Shown here: in pieces, positions 15,575 through 29,619 of the stretch
How the letters are laid out: every line of letters begins with the position of its first letter
How positions within the stretch are numbered: the stretch's first letter is position 1
DNA from: Camelus dromedarius
Taxonomy: Eukaryota
Length of the DNA stretch: 64,000 nt
Reading direction: 5' to 3'
Assembly (NCBI RefSeq): GCF_036321535.1
Contig: NC_087437.1
Span: forward strand, 3,782,001-3,846,000
Made by a program: the position numbers and the translations under genes
Notes under the pieces: generated by a model
The model's input: the letters and a program-made list of their open reading frames with translations, nothing else
What the model was told of the DNA's origin: nothing
Databases searched by the model: none

Positions 15575-15737
15575 GTATAGCATAGGGAACTATATTCAAT
15601 ATCTTACAGTAACGTATAATGAAAAAGAATACAAAAACAAATACATGTTAGTATATGCATGACTAGGACAGTGTGCTGCACACCAGAAACTGACACGTTG
15701 TAACTGACTGTACTTCAATTAAAAAAAAAAAAAAAAG
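15575..15737 (+). mobile_element. Young cetartiodactyl-type L1 3' end with poly(A)
   Basis: gtatagcatagggaactatattcaatatctt...caccagaaactgacac..tgtaactgactgtacttcaatt(A)n; same family as the copies at 24290 and 31226. Confidence 0.85.
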
Positions 15738-16517
15738 GAGCAGGTGCTTGTCCACAGTTCTTTAATAAGCTAAAGCATAGGAAAGCAGGGTTATTATTCT
15801 GGGAAGTCTAAGGGTCAAACCACACAATGCCATTATATAAATGTGAAAAAGACATACACAGGCAGAAGAAAACAACAGTGACAAAGCAGTTCCAACAAGA
15901 CAATACTGATGACAGCAGTTCCAAGAACTGCAGGTTCACTGTGATTTACAGAAGTCAGGCAGACCTGCTCAATTTAAGAGGCAACTGCTTGTTGATTAAA
16001 GCCACAAGTGAATGACATTAAATAATTCCATCTAGATGTGCTTATAATTACTGACAAAGACAAGCTTACGGACGTAAAAGACTCCAGGTAGAAGGCAGCA
16101 TCTGCACTTTTGGTACCTACCTGTGGTCGTATTTGTAGAAAGGCCCATGAGACTATCATTAGAAGCAGTGGTAAATTTTGGTCCCAAAGATAACCAAATG
16201 ACTCCAAGTTTCTTTAACTGATCTTCTGGTTGAGAACAAAGCAGCCAGTGTTTTCGTAACCCTGTGTAAGTGCATTTATATCCACACCGTACCATACTCA
16301 GCTGCGGGTGGGGCAGCGGGGTGGGGATAACAATAGAGTGCAGCGGGTATCACACCCAACATCCCCTTCAAGGTTCCATGGCCCACCCAACTTCAAATAC
16401 AATAGTTGCTTTTTTGTGTTTTATATTTTAGCTCCAGGGGGAAAAACCCTAGCATTTAAACTAAGAGTTTTACAGCTTTAAAAGGGGGGCTAGGAAAGGG
16501 GATGAAACATTCCAGTA

Positions 16518-16780
16518 TAGTGATTCTCGAATTTGCTAGTTTCAGGTCAACTCTTGACTATAAAAATTTTCCAAGGGGTTCACTTGCAAGTAAACAGAAA
16601 GATGCTAATTATCAGAAAGATTACTAGTGAACATCAGAACCACCTGGAAGGCTTGTTAAAATACAGGTTACTGGGCCCTAGCCCCAGAGTTTCTGAATCA
16701 GCAGGTCCTGAGTAGGTCCCAAAAAGTATACTTCTAACAAGTTCTCAGAGAATGTTGATGCTGCTGGTCCAGGGACCGTT
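16518..16780. mobile_element. MER5A, interrupted by an ~85 bp insertion
   Basis: tagtgattctcgaatttg terminus, then foreign sequence, then catcagaaccacctggaaggcttgttaaaa...gatgctgctggtccagggacc. Confidence 0.8.
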
Positions 16781-16789
16781 GCTCTAATA

Positions 16790-17010
16790 AAGGTCAGACT
16801 TGACAGGATCCCAATTTATAATCCCAATTTTATGTCCTGACATCTGTGTGTCTCAGAACACATTACTTAACTTCTCTGTATTCTTTTTCTCAGTGGAAAA
16901 TCAGGATAATTTTCATTTCAACAAGACCTAAAAGAAACAGCATTTATAAAAGTGTGTGGCACAGTGCCTAGCGTATGGTGGGGACTCAAATACTGGCTCC
17001 CTTCCCCTAA
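16790..17010 (+). mobile_element. MIR SINE
   Basis: ttacttaacttctctg...tataaaagtgtgtggcacagtgcctagc core. Confidence 0.7.
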
Positions 17011-18064
17011 GGTAACACTCATGATGTAACATCTGTACATTCCCCTCGCCCCCACTCGAGGTCTTCACAAGAGTACGACCAGTTTCTGTCATAGTCGTAC
17101 CCTCTGCAAAATTCTTAGTAATACACAGCATCAGAAGTATTATTAGAAAAAAAGAAAATACTGGGATTTTGTCTGAATGGACAATTACAGAGCAACAGAA
17201 TAGCGTTATCCTGAGACATACCTATACCTTTTAAATGCTCTCTCACTGAACATACAAAAAGGTGACAGAACTGATCAGAAAATGAGTTTATTTAGTCACC
17301 CATGAATTTAGTCTATCTTCTACAAGGACTAGGGAAGTCCATGCATTTCACCTTTGAAAGTGCTGAGATTAAGGTTTCCAATAGCCAGACACCATAGCCA
17401 TGCAAGCGGGAGAAGTCAGTCTGACCCTGATGAAGCTCTCCAAGGAGAGACTGCTGGCACGGAGCAGAGCGGAAGCTGGCAAGGGTCTCCAAGTGGGCAG
17501 GTCTTATTAGTAAGTGAGGTGTTTATTAAGAACACAGGTTCTATGAGGTACTGTTGGCAAAAAAGTTAAAGCTGAATCTGACCAGTGATAACTAGGTCTA
17601 AAGCAATGGTTCTCAACCCCAACTCTATATTAAAATCACCTAGGGAGCTTTTAAAAATTCCTACAGGCAGAACTCCAGATCAAGTAAATCAGAATCCACA
17701 GGAATAGTGGGTTCCAAGGATGGGTGGGTACCATGGATAGGTCTTTTTTTTAGATCTTTCGAAGTGATAACATACAGCGAGTGCTCTTAACCCATCCACC
17801 AATTTAAAGAAATACAGGAGACAGGGAAGCACATTAAATTACCTCAAAAGAATATACTCAGCAAATTCCAGGCTGTGGGAAATTCTATAGAACAAGCAAC
17901 CTGATTCTGTCAACAAACTATAAGAAAAGAAAAGAGGATACATTTTAAGACTAAAAGATATTTAAGAGATATGTCAACCAATTACACTGTGTAGGCCTTA
18001 TTTCAATCCTGATTCAAACAAACTTCCCCCCAAAAAAACCAATCTGAGATCACTGTTGCATTTA

Positions 18065-19650
18065 ACTGTTATCTGTTCAGTCTCCTTAAATATGGAATAG
18101 TTCCCCATCCTTTCTGTCTTTCATGACCTTGATGCTTTGGAAAAGTACAAGTAGGTTTTCTGTAGAATATCCCTACTCTACAAACTATAAGTTGGGTTTG
18201 TCTGTTTTTTAAAACAGACACAAGGTGATATATTTGGAGGAAAGGGAAATACCACAGAAGTAATGCTGTATTTTCCTCAAAACATATCAAGAGGCATATG
18301 ATGTTTGTTCAACAGATTCGTCTCCCTAGAAGTCACATGTTGAAACCCTAACCCCCACAATGTGACTGTATTTGAGAAAGACCCTTCAAGGAGGCAATTA
18401 AGGTTAAATAAAGTCATAAGGGTGGGGCCCTAATCCAAAAGGACTGGTGTCCTTCTTAAAAGATGAGAAAGACCAGAAGCAGGTGCACACAGAGAAGGGT
18501 CATATGAGGAAACAGTGAGAAAGCAGCTGCCTGCTGCCAAGAGAACCCAACCCTGCCAACACCTAGATTTTAGACTTCGTCTCTAGAACCATGAGAAAAT
18601 ACATTTCTGTAAAGTCAGCTAGTCTATGGTATTGTTTTAGCAGCCGAAGCTGAGTAAGAGAGTGCTGTCTGTCCCATTAACAGTGATGCTAATTTTGATC
18701 ACCTGGCTAAAGTGGTATCTGCATGATTTTCTCACTATTAAGTTACTATTTTCCCTTTATATACAGTCAGTGTCTTGTAGGGGGAGATTTTGAAACCAAG
18801 TAAAATATCCTGTACCTTACACTTTTGCTGGCTATGTAACTCTTGCCTGAAACATTGAAACATTACTGTGGTGGCTACCACATTTTCTAATTTCATCATT
18901 TTGTCTGTATGTATTAAGTGGAATCCTACTGTAAGGAAGAACTTTCCCTTCTTTCCCATTTATGTGTGTGTGTGTTTTCATTTTTTGTATCACAGATTCT
19001 GTGGGTTATAAATCCATTATTACTCATTTTGTTGCTCAAATTGTCCTAGTCGTGGCCAGTGGAGAGCCTTGAACAGGCTGTCTCCTATGTCCTTTTGACA
19101 TGTTCTCACCAGTTTTTGAGTACTTCCTTAATTTCTGGCACCAAAAGATGTTGCAAGCTTATCTTTGTATTTCCCCTGCCCTTTCATCAGAATTAGCCAT
19201 TTCTCCAGAACCTTAGTTCCTTTCATTGACAAATATTATTCAGAAGTGTCATGGCTCTAAGGCCTTCACAACAGACTGAGTTAAGGAATATATAAGAATA
19301 TATATATGTATATTATATATATATATACACACACAAACACATATCTATATTTTATACCTACCTGTAAAAATGTTAAAAACCGTGAGTCCACACTGAAGCT
19401 GCCAATGCCAATCTAACTCTACAGAAGTTCATTCAGCCTTTTCCCTTTCTTTATCTGTAACACTTTTCTCTTACAGTGAAAAACCTGACTTTCATTATCA
19501 TTGTATATATTTATTTGCTGTAACGTAGAATACACAGAGTAGTTTTAGAGTATGAACCACACCAGTGTGAAGCAAAAACAAAATCTACCTAGAGTACAGT
19601 ATCTGTGTACAGTTCTTTCTGTCTTTAGTCTTAGGTCTGTTTAGTTATTT
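18065..19650 (-). mobile_element. Old L1 (L1MC/MD-like) 3' region, split by an MLT1 LTR
   Basis: Antisense L1MC-type 3'UTR text continues on both sides of the LTR at 18303-18660. Confidence 0.65.
18303..18660 (+). mobile_element. MLT1A/B (ERVL-MaLR) solo LTR
   Basis: tgttgaaaccctaacccc..aatgtgactgtattt...gggtggggccctaatccaa..gactggtgtcctt...agcagccgaagctgagtaaga. Confidence 0.85.
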
Positions 19651-19989
19651 TGTCAATAGCCTTTTATAGTCAAAATCCTACATTCCTAAATTACTTAGAT
19701 TATTTCTTCCCATGCCTACCCTTCAATATGGTTATGTCATTCATTTGAAATACAGTTAGGTTCACTTGTTTCTGTTTGCATTATTCCATTTGGGATTTGG
19801 GGATTATTTTTTTTACCCCGTCCTCTCCCCCATCCTTGTTAATTCTGTTTGAGTATATGAGACATTAACTTCATTCTAATAGTTAAAGCTACTCAAAACA
19901 AGTAACATCAGAGATGGGTCAAGCCCTCCCCATTCTTTCAACCTCCCCCTACCCCACCCTCTTTATATAGCCCATCCAGTTGCTAGTGT

Positions 19990-20800
19990 ACCTTTCCTGC
20001 GTTTCCTTCTGCTCAAATGAGCATACGCATGTGTATTTTCTTTTTTCCTTTTTTTTTTTGTTTAGAGTAACATAGCCTACAGATACTTTCTCACATAATT
20101 GAGAATTGGTCCTCACCTGTTCAGAGTTTGGTGCTGATATCTTCCTCATTCTTTTTATGGCTGTATAGCATTCTGTTATATACATATACAACACCAACAC
20201 CACAGTTTATTCGACCACTCTATGTAAGAGACTGCAAAAACTGGCCCATCAATAACCCTGCATATGGAGTTTCGTATTTTTGAAGCTGTGCCTTCAGGGA
20301 AAATTCCTACAACTGAAACTGACAGGTCAAAAGGCAAATGCACATGCAGGGCTGTGCTGGATACCACCAAATTCTCAAAAAGGGCTGGACCGGTTTACCT
20401 CACCAGGAGTGGATGTGTCTGCTTCCTCACGGCCTCACCAGCAGGACCGACTGCTATACTTTAATTTCTGTCTACTAAAAATTGCATCTAGGTGTATTTT
20501 AATTTCCATTTCTCTAATGATGAGTTTGAAATCGTTTCCTGTGTTTAGGGACCATTTTGATATTTTGGGGGTGGTCATCTTTAATGTATTTTGATCATTC
20601 TTCTGTCAGGTTACTGCACTTTACTTTCTCAGTTTTTAAGAGTTATTTACATATTAGAGATCTTGGTCCTTTCTTTACCTTGGTATGTTACAGATATTTT
20701 CTTCTAGTCTGTCCGCTGTCTTGACTGTATGGTTTTTGCCATGCAAAAAAAAAATTGTTTTTATGTAATAAAATTTATCAATCTTGTCTCTGTATTCTGA
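19990..20800 (-). mobile_element. Old L1 (L1ME-like) fragment
   Basis: Antisense L1 ORF2-end/3'UTR text. Confidence 0.6.
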
Positions 20801-21004
20801 ATCATTCTTGAAGACTCAATATTAAGAATATAGTTTAAGAGCTAAAAATGCCCAGTTCCATGAACTATCTACTACTCAATAACTAAGGGCATGATGACTA
20901 AATATTGCACAAGGTAGGACTTAGAAAATAAGTTCCACCAAACTTCACAACAGAGAATCTTTGAAGGTAAACATCTTAGCCACAGCTACAAAATTCAGTG
21001 ATGT

Positions 21005-22030
21005 AACCCTACCTCACACAATACGCAAGTAATAGCTCAAAATGGATTGACTACATAAATATAAACACTAAAAGCATAAAACTCTTAGAAGAAAACACAA
21101 GGATAAATCTTTATGACCTTGGATTCTTGACAGTGGATTCTTAAATATGACACCAAAAGCACAAAAAACAAAAAGAGAAAAAATAGATCAACTGGACTCC
21201 ATCAAATCTTAAAACTTGTGCATCAGAAGACATTAACAAACAAGTGAAAAGAAAACCTACAGAATGGGAGAAATTATTAGATTATTTATCAGTAAGGGTT
21301 TAATATCTAGAATATATAAAGAACTCCTCAAACTCAACAACAACAACAACAACAACAACAACAGCAACAACAACAACAACAACAACAACAACAAAATCCA
21401 ATGGTTTAGAAAATGGTCAAAGGACCAGGACAGACATTTCTCCATTTGTATATTTACAAATGGTTAATAAGCACAGGAAAAGATGTTTAACATCATTAGT
21501 CACAAGGGAAATGCAAATCAAATCATAATGACTACTACTTCATATATACTAGGGTGGCCAGAATTTTTTAAATTAAAAAAAGAAAAAACAGAAAATACGA
21601 AGTGCTGGTGAGGATACAGAGAAACTGAAACTTTTGTATGTTGCTGGTGGGAATGTAAAATGGTACAGCTACTATGGAAAACAGTTTGGTGGTTCCTCAA
21701 AAAGCTAAACATAAAATAATATGATCCAGTAATTCTACTATGAGGCAGACATTTGGCAGAGAATCTGTATGATTTTTTTAATACATTTAAAAATAGAGGT
21801 TCAGACATTTGTATGACAATGTCCAATGCAGTATTATTTACATCAGCAAAAAGGTGGAAACAACCCAAGTACCCATCCACAAATAAATGGATAAACAAAA
21901 TACGGCATATAAAAATACAATGGATTATCATTCAACCACAAAAAGAAATGAAGTTCTGACACATACACAGCAAGGATGAACAGTGAAAACGTGCCAAGTG
22001 AAATAAGCCAGAAAACAAAAGACAAATGAT
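21005..22030 (+). mobile_element. L1 ORF2 3' end fragment
   Basis: Typical L1 ORF2 C-terminal sequence; the ORF track shows remnants such as AKRWKQPKYPSTNKWINK. Confidence 0.9.
21335..21394 (+). repeat. (CAA)n microsatellite with one CAG interruption
   Basis: Directly visible, about 20 units, inside the L1. Confidence 0.97.
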
Positions 22031-22107
22031 TTGGCAAATTTGTTCACTTCTTTTTTTTTTTCCTTCCAGTTTTATTGAGGTATGACTGACATACAGCACC
22101 ATGTACA

Positions 22108-22224
22108 TTTTTTTTTTGGCAGAGGGACTAGGCTTTTTTTTTTTTTAATGGAGGTACTGGGGATTGAACCCAGGACCTTGGGCTTTCTAGGCATGCACTT
22201 TACTGCTGACCTATACCCTCCCCC
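22108..22224 (-). mobile_element. tRNA-Ala-derived SINE (camelid Vic-1-like)
   Basis: Reverse complement GGGGAGGGTATAGGTCAGCAGTAAAGTGCATGCCTAG...GGTCCTGGGTTCAATCCCCAGTACCTCC plus A-rich tail; A- and B-boxes recognisable. Confidence 0.85.
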
Positions 22225-24289
22225 AAATGTAGTTCATATCTTAAGGCAGAATGATATGCAGGGGTAAAGAACAGGATCACTGACACTTTTTAAGTTTACC
22301 TATATTTGCCATATTACCTCCAACTTGCCAAAAACTCCAATAACACACACTTCTTTAAGAACAAAGTCTTTCTTACAGTGCTTTATAAGGTAAATTTATA
22401 GTTTTTTCTGCAACAGTGCCATTAAAAAATCATAGATTTTCTTGCCAAATATCATCCATTTGATCCCAAGTTTTAGTAGTTTTTTTTTTAAGTGTCCAAT
22501 AGAATTAAATAAAAGCAGAAGTGTTTCATTTTAATTTTCCACACACAGTACTCTTTAAGCAAGATTCAAAAATTGACTCTGGCATTCATTCCTAACTGTT
22601 GTCTGATGAATACAATTGTAAACCATCTGTAATCCGACCGAGACTAAAGTCTTACATAAAATGAACAAACCAATCCAAAAAAACTCACATTTTAAATCTG
22701 CTGTCTAAATACAAAAAACAAACAAAAAACAAAACAAAAAAGCCCTTTTACTAAGTAGTTTGGTTTATTCTTTGCAGAATTCACTACTCAGCACTTTGTT
22801 TCTGCTAACCAGTGACCTTAGCTGCTTCCAAAGATACCATTAGGGATCGAATCCCTAATCAGAACTCACTAACAAGAGTCGTGTTTAGAAAAACCAATCC
22901 CCAACATGAGTAAAAAGAGCAGGCAAGAAAACACCACTTTTGCACACGGACAACAGGAAGATAAGAGAATTGAGGGATCAAGTGACATAGAAGTTAACAC
23001 ACCACAGATTCTTCATCAGCCACGCGACTTAAATTCTGCTGCACTGCTATCAGCTGTTTCTTTTCCAAGCCAAAGTAATACACGATGGTTTTGAAAAGCA
23101 AAAAAAAAAAAAAAGAATAAAAATACAAATCTAGGCTTTGATTAACTCTATTAAATACTCACATTCTAACTTCCAAGGAAATCATAGTTCCTCCCTCACT
23201 TTAAACACTCACAACCCGTGAGTATCTCTAAAAGGAATGTTACCTAATAGGAGACTATAAGAATCCTATAGCTGTATTTAAATATTTCATTGCTTGACAC
23301 AAATAAGTTTCTTTATGTGTCCTAATAATACTGCTCTATTAAAAATTATTTATCCCCTATTATTAGTAAGATATATAACGGATTTATTTAGTGACAACTA
23401 AATCTGGACTGACTCAGGAAGCCACAGAGATGGCTACCAAAATTTAAGTCCATAACCACATCATGGTAAGTGGCCTATGCAGGGAAAGAAGTCTGTCACT
23501 TAGTCCCACTGCCTGAAATGCCTGCAGCTTATCTCTAGACAAGAGGGACCGGGCCCAGCCTTCATGCTCCACACCCTGCTAAGCATCAGACCTCATTCAT
23601 TCCCCGGGACTTCTCTTGACTTCCCCTCCCAACTCTGAACTAATTTGCTCACCCCCTAGGATCCCACTTAGCTATCACAGCTCATCCAAATATGTCCTTA
23701 TCCCTCCACTACAACGTAAATTCAACGGCTACAAGACCCGTGGGTCACACAAACCAGCACTGGCCATACCTGGCACACGTCTGGTTCTCAGTAACTGTTA
23801 AAAGGACAAATGCATAAGTCAGCAGACTTCTTTCCTAACCATTTCACCTAACACTATGTCCCTAAACAAAAACTGTATACTCTTATAATTAAGAATTAAT
23901 CAATTCCAATAAATTCATACTTAAACTTTCTCCTTCCTGATCTACACTGGGGGGAAAACCCTCTTGTCATCCAAAGTAACTAAAGAGTCAAAGGAAGATT
24001 CAGTGATCCAACTGCTTTCACTTAAATGTTAATAATCTATTTTCTCTGTATTATAAATAGCTGCGGAATATGTGGATGGTTCTTACATTTGTTTATGAAT
24101 AATTGGGCTTCTTTCTATTGAAATGAGTATTCCATATTGAAAATATGCCCTGGAGAAGGTAAGAGGTGAAAGTGCAATCAAAAGTCTCCTGCTACTCACT
24201 ACTCAACATCTATCTGCGTAACATGTATCTTATATCACTTCACCAGCAACTCACATGTATATTTTTAATTCCTTGCTTCAATCTTCAGT

Positions 24290-24790
24290 TCTTGTTGTGG
24301 TATATTTATACAATGGAATACTACTCTGCCATAAAACAGAATAAACTAATGTCATTTGCAGCAACATGGATGGACCTGGAGATCGTCATTCTAAGTGAAG
24401 TAAGCCAGAAAGAGAAAGAAAAATACCATATGAGATTGCTCGTATGTGGAATCAGAAAAAAAAAAAGGACACTATGAACTCATCTACAAAACATAAATAG
24501 ACTCTCAGACATAGTAAACAATCTTATGGTTACCGGGGAAAGGGGGTGGGAGGAGATAAATTTAGGAGTTTGATATTTACAAATGTTAGCCACTATATAC
24601 AAAAACAGATTTTAAAAAAGTTTCTTCTGTATAGTACAGGGAACTATGCTCAATATCTTGTAATAACCTTTAATGGAAAAAATATGAAAACAAATATATG
24701 TATGTATATGCAAGACTGGGACATTGTGCTGTACACCAGAGATTGACACATTTAATTGACTGTACTTCAATAAAAAAGAGAAAAAAAAAA
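24290..24790 (+). mobile_element. Young 5'-truncated L1 (ORF2 C-terminus, 3'UTR, poly(A))
   Basis: Encodes LWYIYTMEYYSAIK..MSFAATWMDLEIVILSEVSQ; flanked by aatcttca on both sides (possible TSD). Confidence 0.93.
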
Positions 24791-25139
24791 TCTTCAACTG
24801 TTTCATTAAGGTATAATTAAAGACAGTCCAAAATAATACCACTGAATCCAAAATGGCAAAAAGTAACTTGGCATGAATCAGTAATCTGAATGAATTTTTA
24901 GTTGTAGACCATATGGCTTTAGCCTTAAACTGTAAAGAACAAACACTTCTAGTTACAAGACTTTCACAGTGCACTTTCCCTTTGAAAAATGAATTATTTG
25001 TCCTTAAAAGATCTGAAAGAAATATGGTGTTTTTATTATTTTGAAGCTTTGAGTTAAAAAACAGTCTAAAATTCCTGATTCAGCATAGTATTAGTTTATA
25101 CATGTATAACAGAAGAAGAGGTATAACAGAAAAAGAACT

Positions 25140-26860
25140 GGTAGTAGTAAGAGTAAGAAGATACAAAACATAAAAAGAAACCAGAAAGAAATCCTGGAGC
25201 TGAAAAGTACAATAACTGAAATTTAAGAAGTCATTAAGGGGACTCAAAGGCTGATTTGAACTGGCAGAAGAAACCAGCAAACTTGAAGATGTAACAATGG
25301 AAATTTAAATCTGAGGAACAGAAAGAAAAAAGATTGAAGTGAACAGAGCATCAAGGACCTGTGAGACACCAACAAGTAAATCAACATATGCATTATGGGA
25401 GCCCCAGAAGGAAAAGAGAGAGAGAAAGGGACAGGGAGAATATCTGAAGACATAATGGCCCAAAACTTCCCAAATTTGATTAAATACAGCAATACAAATG
25501 ACCTCCAAGTAGGATGAACTGAAAGAGACCCACACCAAGACACACTGTAAGCAAAAGACAACACAAAGAGAGAATCTCGAAAGGAGCAAGAGAGAAGCGA
25601 TTCATCACACACAAGGGATCATCAATAATACAGTCATATTTCTCATCAGAAACTACAAAGGCCAGAAGAAAAGTAGACTGATATATTAAAAGTGTTAAAA
25701 GAAAAAAAATCAATGAAGAATTCTGTACCTGGAAAGATGTCTTTAAAAATTGAAGGATAAATTAAGACCCACCTAGATAAACAAGTTGAGGGAGTTCATT
25801 ACCAGTAGACTTGCCCTGTAAGAAATGCTAGAGTCCTATAGATTGAAATTAAACACTAGACAGTAACCTGAAGCCATATAAAAATAAAGATCTCGGTCAA
25901 GGTAAACACATAGAAAATTATAAAACCTGCAACTGCTGTAACTTTGGTTTATAATTCCATTTTTGTTTTCTACATGATTGAGGGCACTAACAAACTTTTT
26001 AAACCAATTATTAGTGTAAAAGCTAGTGTTATTACAATTTTGGTTTGTAACTTCACATTTTGTTTTGTACATGGTTTAAGACACTAATATATTTTTTAAT
26101 TAGGTTCCTGAACACACAATGTAAAAAAATTTACCTCGAATACATCTACAACTGAAAGGAGGGTGGAGATGTAAAGAAGCAGTTTGTATATGTCACTGAA
26201 GATAAACTGGTATAAATCCAAACTACAGTGTTGTGACTTTAGAATATTATATGCAATGTTCATAGTAGCCACAAAGAAAATGGTTAAAGAATATACACAA
26301 AAAGCAGTAGGATAGGAACTTAAATGTTTCACTACAAAAAAAAAAATCAACTAAACAGAGGCAGTAGTGCAGGAAATAAGGGACAAAAAAGTTATACGGC
26401 ATATAGAAAACAAACAGGAAAATAACAGAGGTCTCTCCTTATCAGTCAGCCATAAAAAGGAAGGAAATTCTGAGGTATGCTGCAATATAATATACATTAT
26501 GCTAAGTGGAGTAAGCCAGTCACGATAAATGATTCCACTTACATGCTGTACCTAAAATAAGCAAATTCAGAGACAGAAAAGTACATTAGAGGCTACCAGA
26601 GGCTGGAAGGAGTGGGGAACAGGAATACGAAGCATCAGTTGTGGGTGGGAAAATTCTGGAAACAGACAGTGGTGACGGTTGCACTACATTACAAGTGTAC
26701 TTAATGCCACTGAATTGTACACTTAAAATGGTTAAAATAGCAAATTTTGTTATACTTATCTTACAATTTAAAAAAAGATGTAATATAAAAAACCACTGAC
26801 TTGAACACTTTAAATAGATTAATTTGTACCTGAATTTATAGCTCACTAAAGCTGTTTAAA
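25140..26860 (+). mobile_element. Old L1: ORF1 region joined to a 3' end
   Basis: ORF1-type text (gaaatcctggagctgaaaagtacaataactgaaat; aacttcccaaatttgat; ttctcatcagaaac), then 3'-end text from about 26446. Confidence 0.85.
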
Positions 26861-28419
26861 AAAGAAACCTAAGAACAAAGCTTCTTTTTAACTAAAAACA
26901 ACCTTGGTGCAAAGAAGCTTCTCATCCTCCCCACCCCAATACACACCCAAAAAATCCTGAACAGATACAGAGATAATTTTTGAAAATTACGGAAAAAGAA
27001 AACAATGACAATTTAAAACCAATGTGTATCTGAGAATTTCTCACAAGGCAGAGTACTAAGATTATACAGTCTTCTGATGCCAAAAAACGTTATCGAAATT
27101 GTCACATGACAAAAACAGGAAACACACGGGCTAACTTGGGCAGGTTTCTGGCTAGGTGAGCCAAAAGTATTAATAACTCAGTGCCACTAGGTGTGCCATG
27201 AGGCCCTATCCTGTTCAACAGTCTATCAACAACTCAAAATACCTAAACAACACACTTATCCAAGATGGTATCAGCTCAAAGCTGGAGAAGGGCGGCTACC
27301 TTGCCTCATAATTCAGACAAGTTTATCAGCTACTCTTACATTTATAAATGCATATATATATAAACACTTAATAGAGATAAATACAAAAACCAAAACTCAA
27401 AAGCTATCTACTAAAGCATCAGATGCTAAGGCTCTATACTGCTAAAAAAAGGTAAACAATATTTTAAATTGTATTATGAGAAATGCAACTTTTAAACCAA
27501 GAGAGTAATGGCCCCAGAGTACTATATGACCCAACCACACCCTGAGGATTCTATATTCAGTTTAGAGCATCATTAGGGCCTGTCCCCAAGTGTGGCATGA
27601 TATGGTAACATTTCTGGAAATGAGGTCTTAAGAAGATTAGTGGAATAAAGTAGGAATACTTGGTCTAGGGAGGAGAATTATGAAGGGTAGTGCATGAGCA
27701 TTAATTGGATTTCAATAAAAGTTTCTAAATAAATAAAGGATATGACAGCACCTCCAAATATTTTAAGGCTGGTAAAGGAAATGCGCCAATCTGCTGAGAT
27801 TAAGGACAGAACTAGCCTCAACAGACAGAAGTGTAGTTTTCAATCACCAAAAATGTTCTAGAAGTGAATACTGGTGATTTTATATCAGTTGGGAAGTTGA
27901 TTCCCTCGAACTCTAAGATTCTATGGTTTGGCAAAGTGCAGGGAGATACCATTGCCTCCTTATTGCCTGTGGTACTAAGGTTTCTGACAATGAATTAGTA
28001 ACCTTAACTAAGGAAGACACTCTGAAATGCTTACTTTCCACACTGAAATTTGAAGTTCCAGAACATGGACCCAAAGAACAATGGCACAATCAGGCTCCAA
28101 TGCAGACCAACACTTAAATATTCTTCATTTGACAAATTAAAAACTAGCACAATCACAAATCCTATTTTTCTCCCATAGTTGCAGTACTTGGGAATAAAAC
28201 AGTAGCCTGTAAATACTATTAAATATTTGTATCCAAGAGCTAATTCTAATCCATTTTCATTAAGAGCAATACAAATCACACACACACACAAGAACCCACT
28301 CACTCTGCAAACCAACAGGGATCTTACACAAAATAATCAACCTGACAGGAAAAAAAAAAAAAACCTCTCACTCCTAAAGGAGCATAATCTCTTAATTACA
28401 CTAAGACATTTCCAATGAT

Positions 28420-29480
28420 TTTTTGAAAAATAAAAACCTGCTCATTGTTTTTAAAGAGTCAGGTAATAAGAAAGTTTTCAATGTAACAAATGCATCTCCC
28501 CAGTTGGACTGCCCAGAGGTAGCCTCTGTTAATTAACTCTTTGTGTACACTGCCAGCCATTTTCTATGCAGATATGTTATGACTTTCTGTTGTGTTTCTG
28601 CTTTGTTTTAACTATAAATGGAATCACATAACTACAACTTGCCTTTTTCACTCAATACATTTTGAACCTCTATTTCACCACACATACTGATCTGTCCTGT
28701 TTTTTTTAATGGCTCACAAAGCATTTCATTATACGGTAGTACCCTAGTTTAGCCCTCTCGATGACAGACACTTAGGTTATTCCCATCTTCTGCTATTACA
28801 AATGCTGCAATTACATTTATGTTATAAACAAAAACATCTTTATATAAATCTTTTTGTATGCTTACGCAAGTACAGATACAAGATATAATCCTGGCTGTGG
28901 AAATGTTGAGTGTATTTTTCATTCTGACAGCTATCACTGAATTGCTCTTCAAAGGAACCAAGTCAAATGAACACCCAACAACAGTCAGGAGATTCTCTCT
29001 TCTCTGCAATCTAGCCAAGGTTAAGCATAATCAAATTTTTTAATTTTTGTCAATTTGATGAGTAGAAGGTGTTATTTTAATTCACATTTCTTCATTACTG
29101 AGGTCGAACACCTTTCCATCTATCTTTGGGCCTTCTGCAACCTTTTTCAATGAAATGCTTGCTCATGTCCTTTGGCTGTTTTCCCCTACAAGATACTGGC
29201 TATTTCTTATAGATTTAAAGAGTATTCTGTCGCAAAGTAGCCTTTAGTCATTTGTTTCAAGTGTTTTTATCATTGGCTTCCAGTTTGTCTACTGACTTTT
29301 TGTTTCTTTTTAAAATCTTGTATGATCAGCATTTAAATCCTTTGCATTATGGTTTTGGGGTTTTATCTCATGCTTAGTTTTTTTAAAAAGCCTTTCTCAT
29401 TCCATTTATATTTTTTTACCAAAAGTTAGCTAACTGTCCCTAAACCATTTATTGAGTAATACAGGTTTTACTCCACTAAG
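28420..29480 (-). mobile_element. Old L1 (L1ME-like) fragment
   Basis: Antisense L1 3' text. Confidence 0.6.
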
Positions 29481-29619
29481 TTAATCTCTGGAGAGGAGGG
29501 CAAAAAAGGGAGGAATAAGATGTTACTAATTTAAACTCTTAACTAGAATAAAATGATACCCAAATGTTCAAAAAGACCTTATGTTTTTACCTAAGTAAGA
29601 ACATTACAACCTCAAAGTA

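Noticed and set aside
16121..16261. Possible 141-nt cassette exon with CAG|GTAGGT donor
   Set aside because: Weak polypyrimidine tract and an early in-frame TAA; no further support.
21257..21467. Poly-Leu and poly-Asn ORFs
   Set aside because: Translations of the (CAA)n microsatellite inside an L1.
22140..22224. Possible tRNA gene (also 54745-54826)
   Set aside because: Degenerate cloverleaf, A-rich tail and two diverged copies indicate a SINE.
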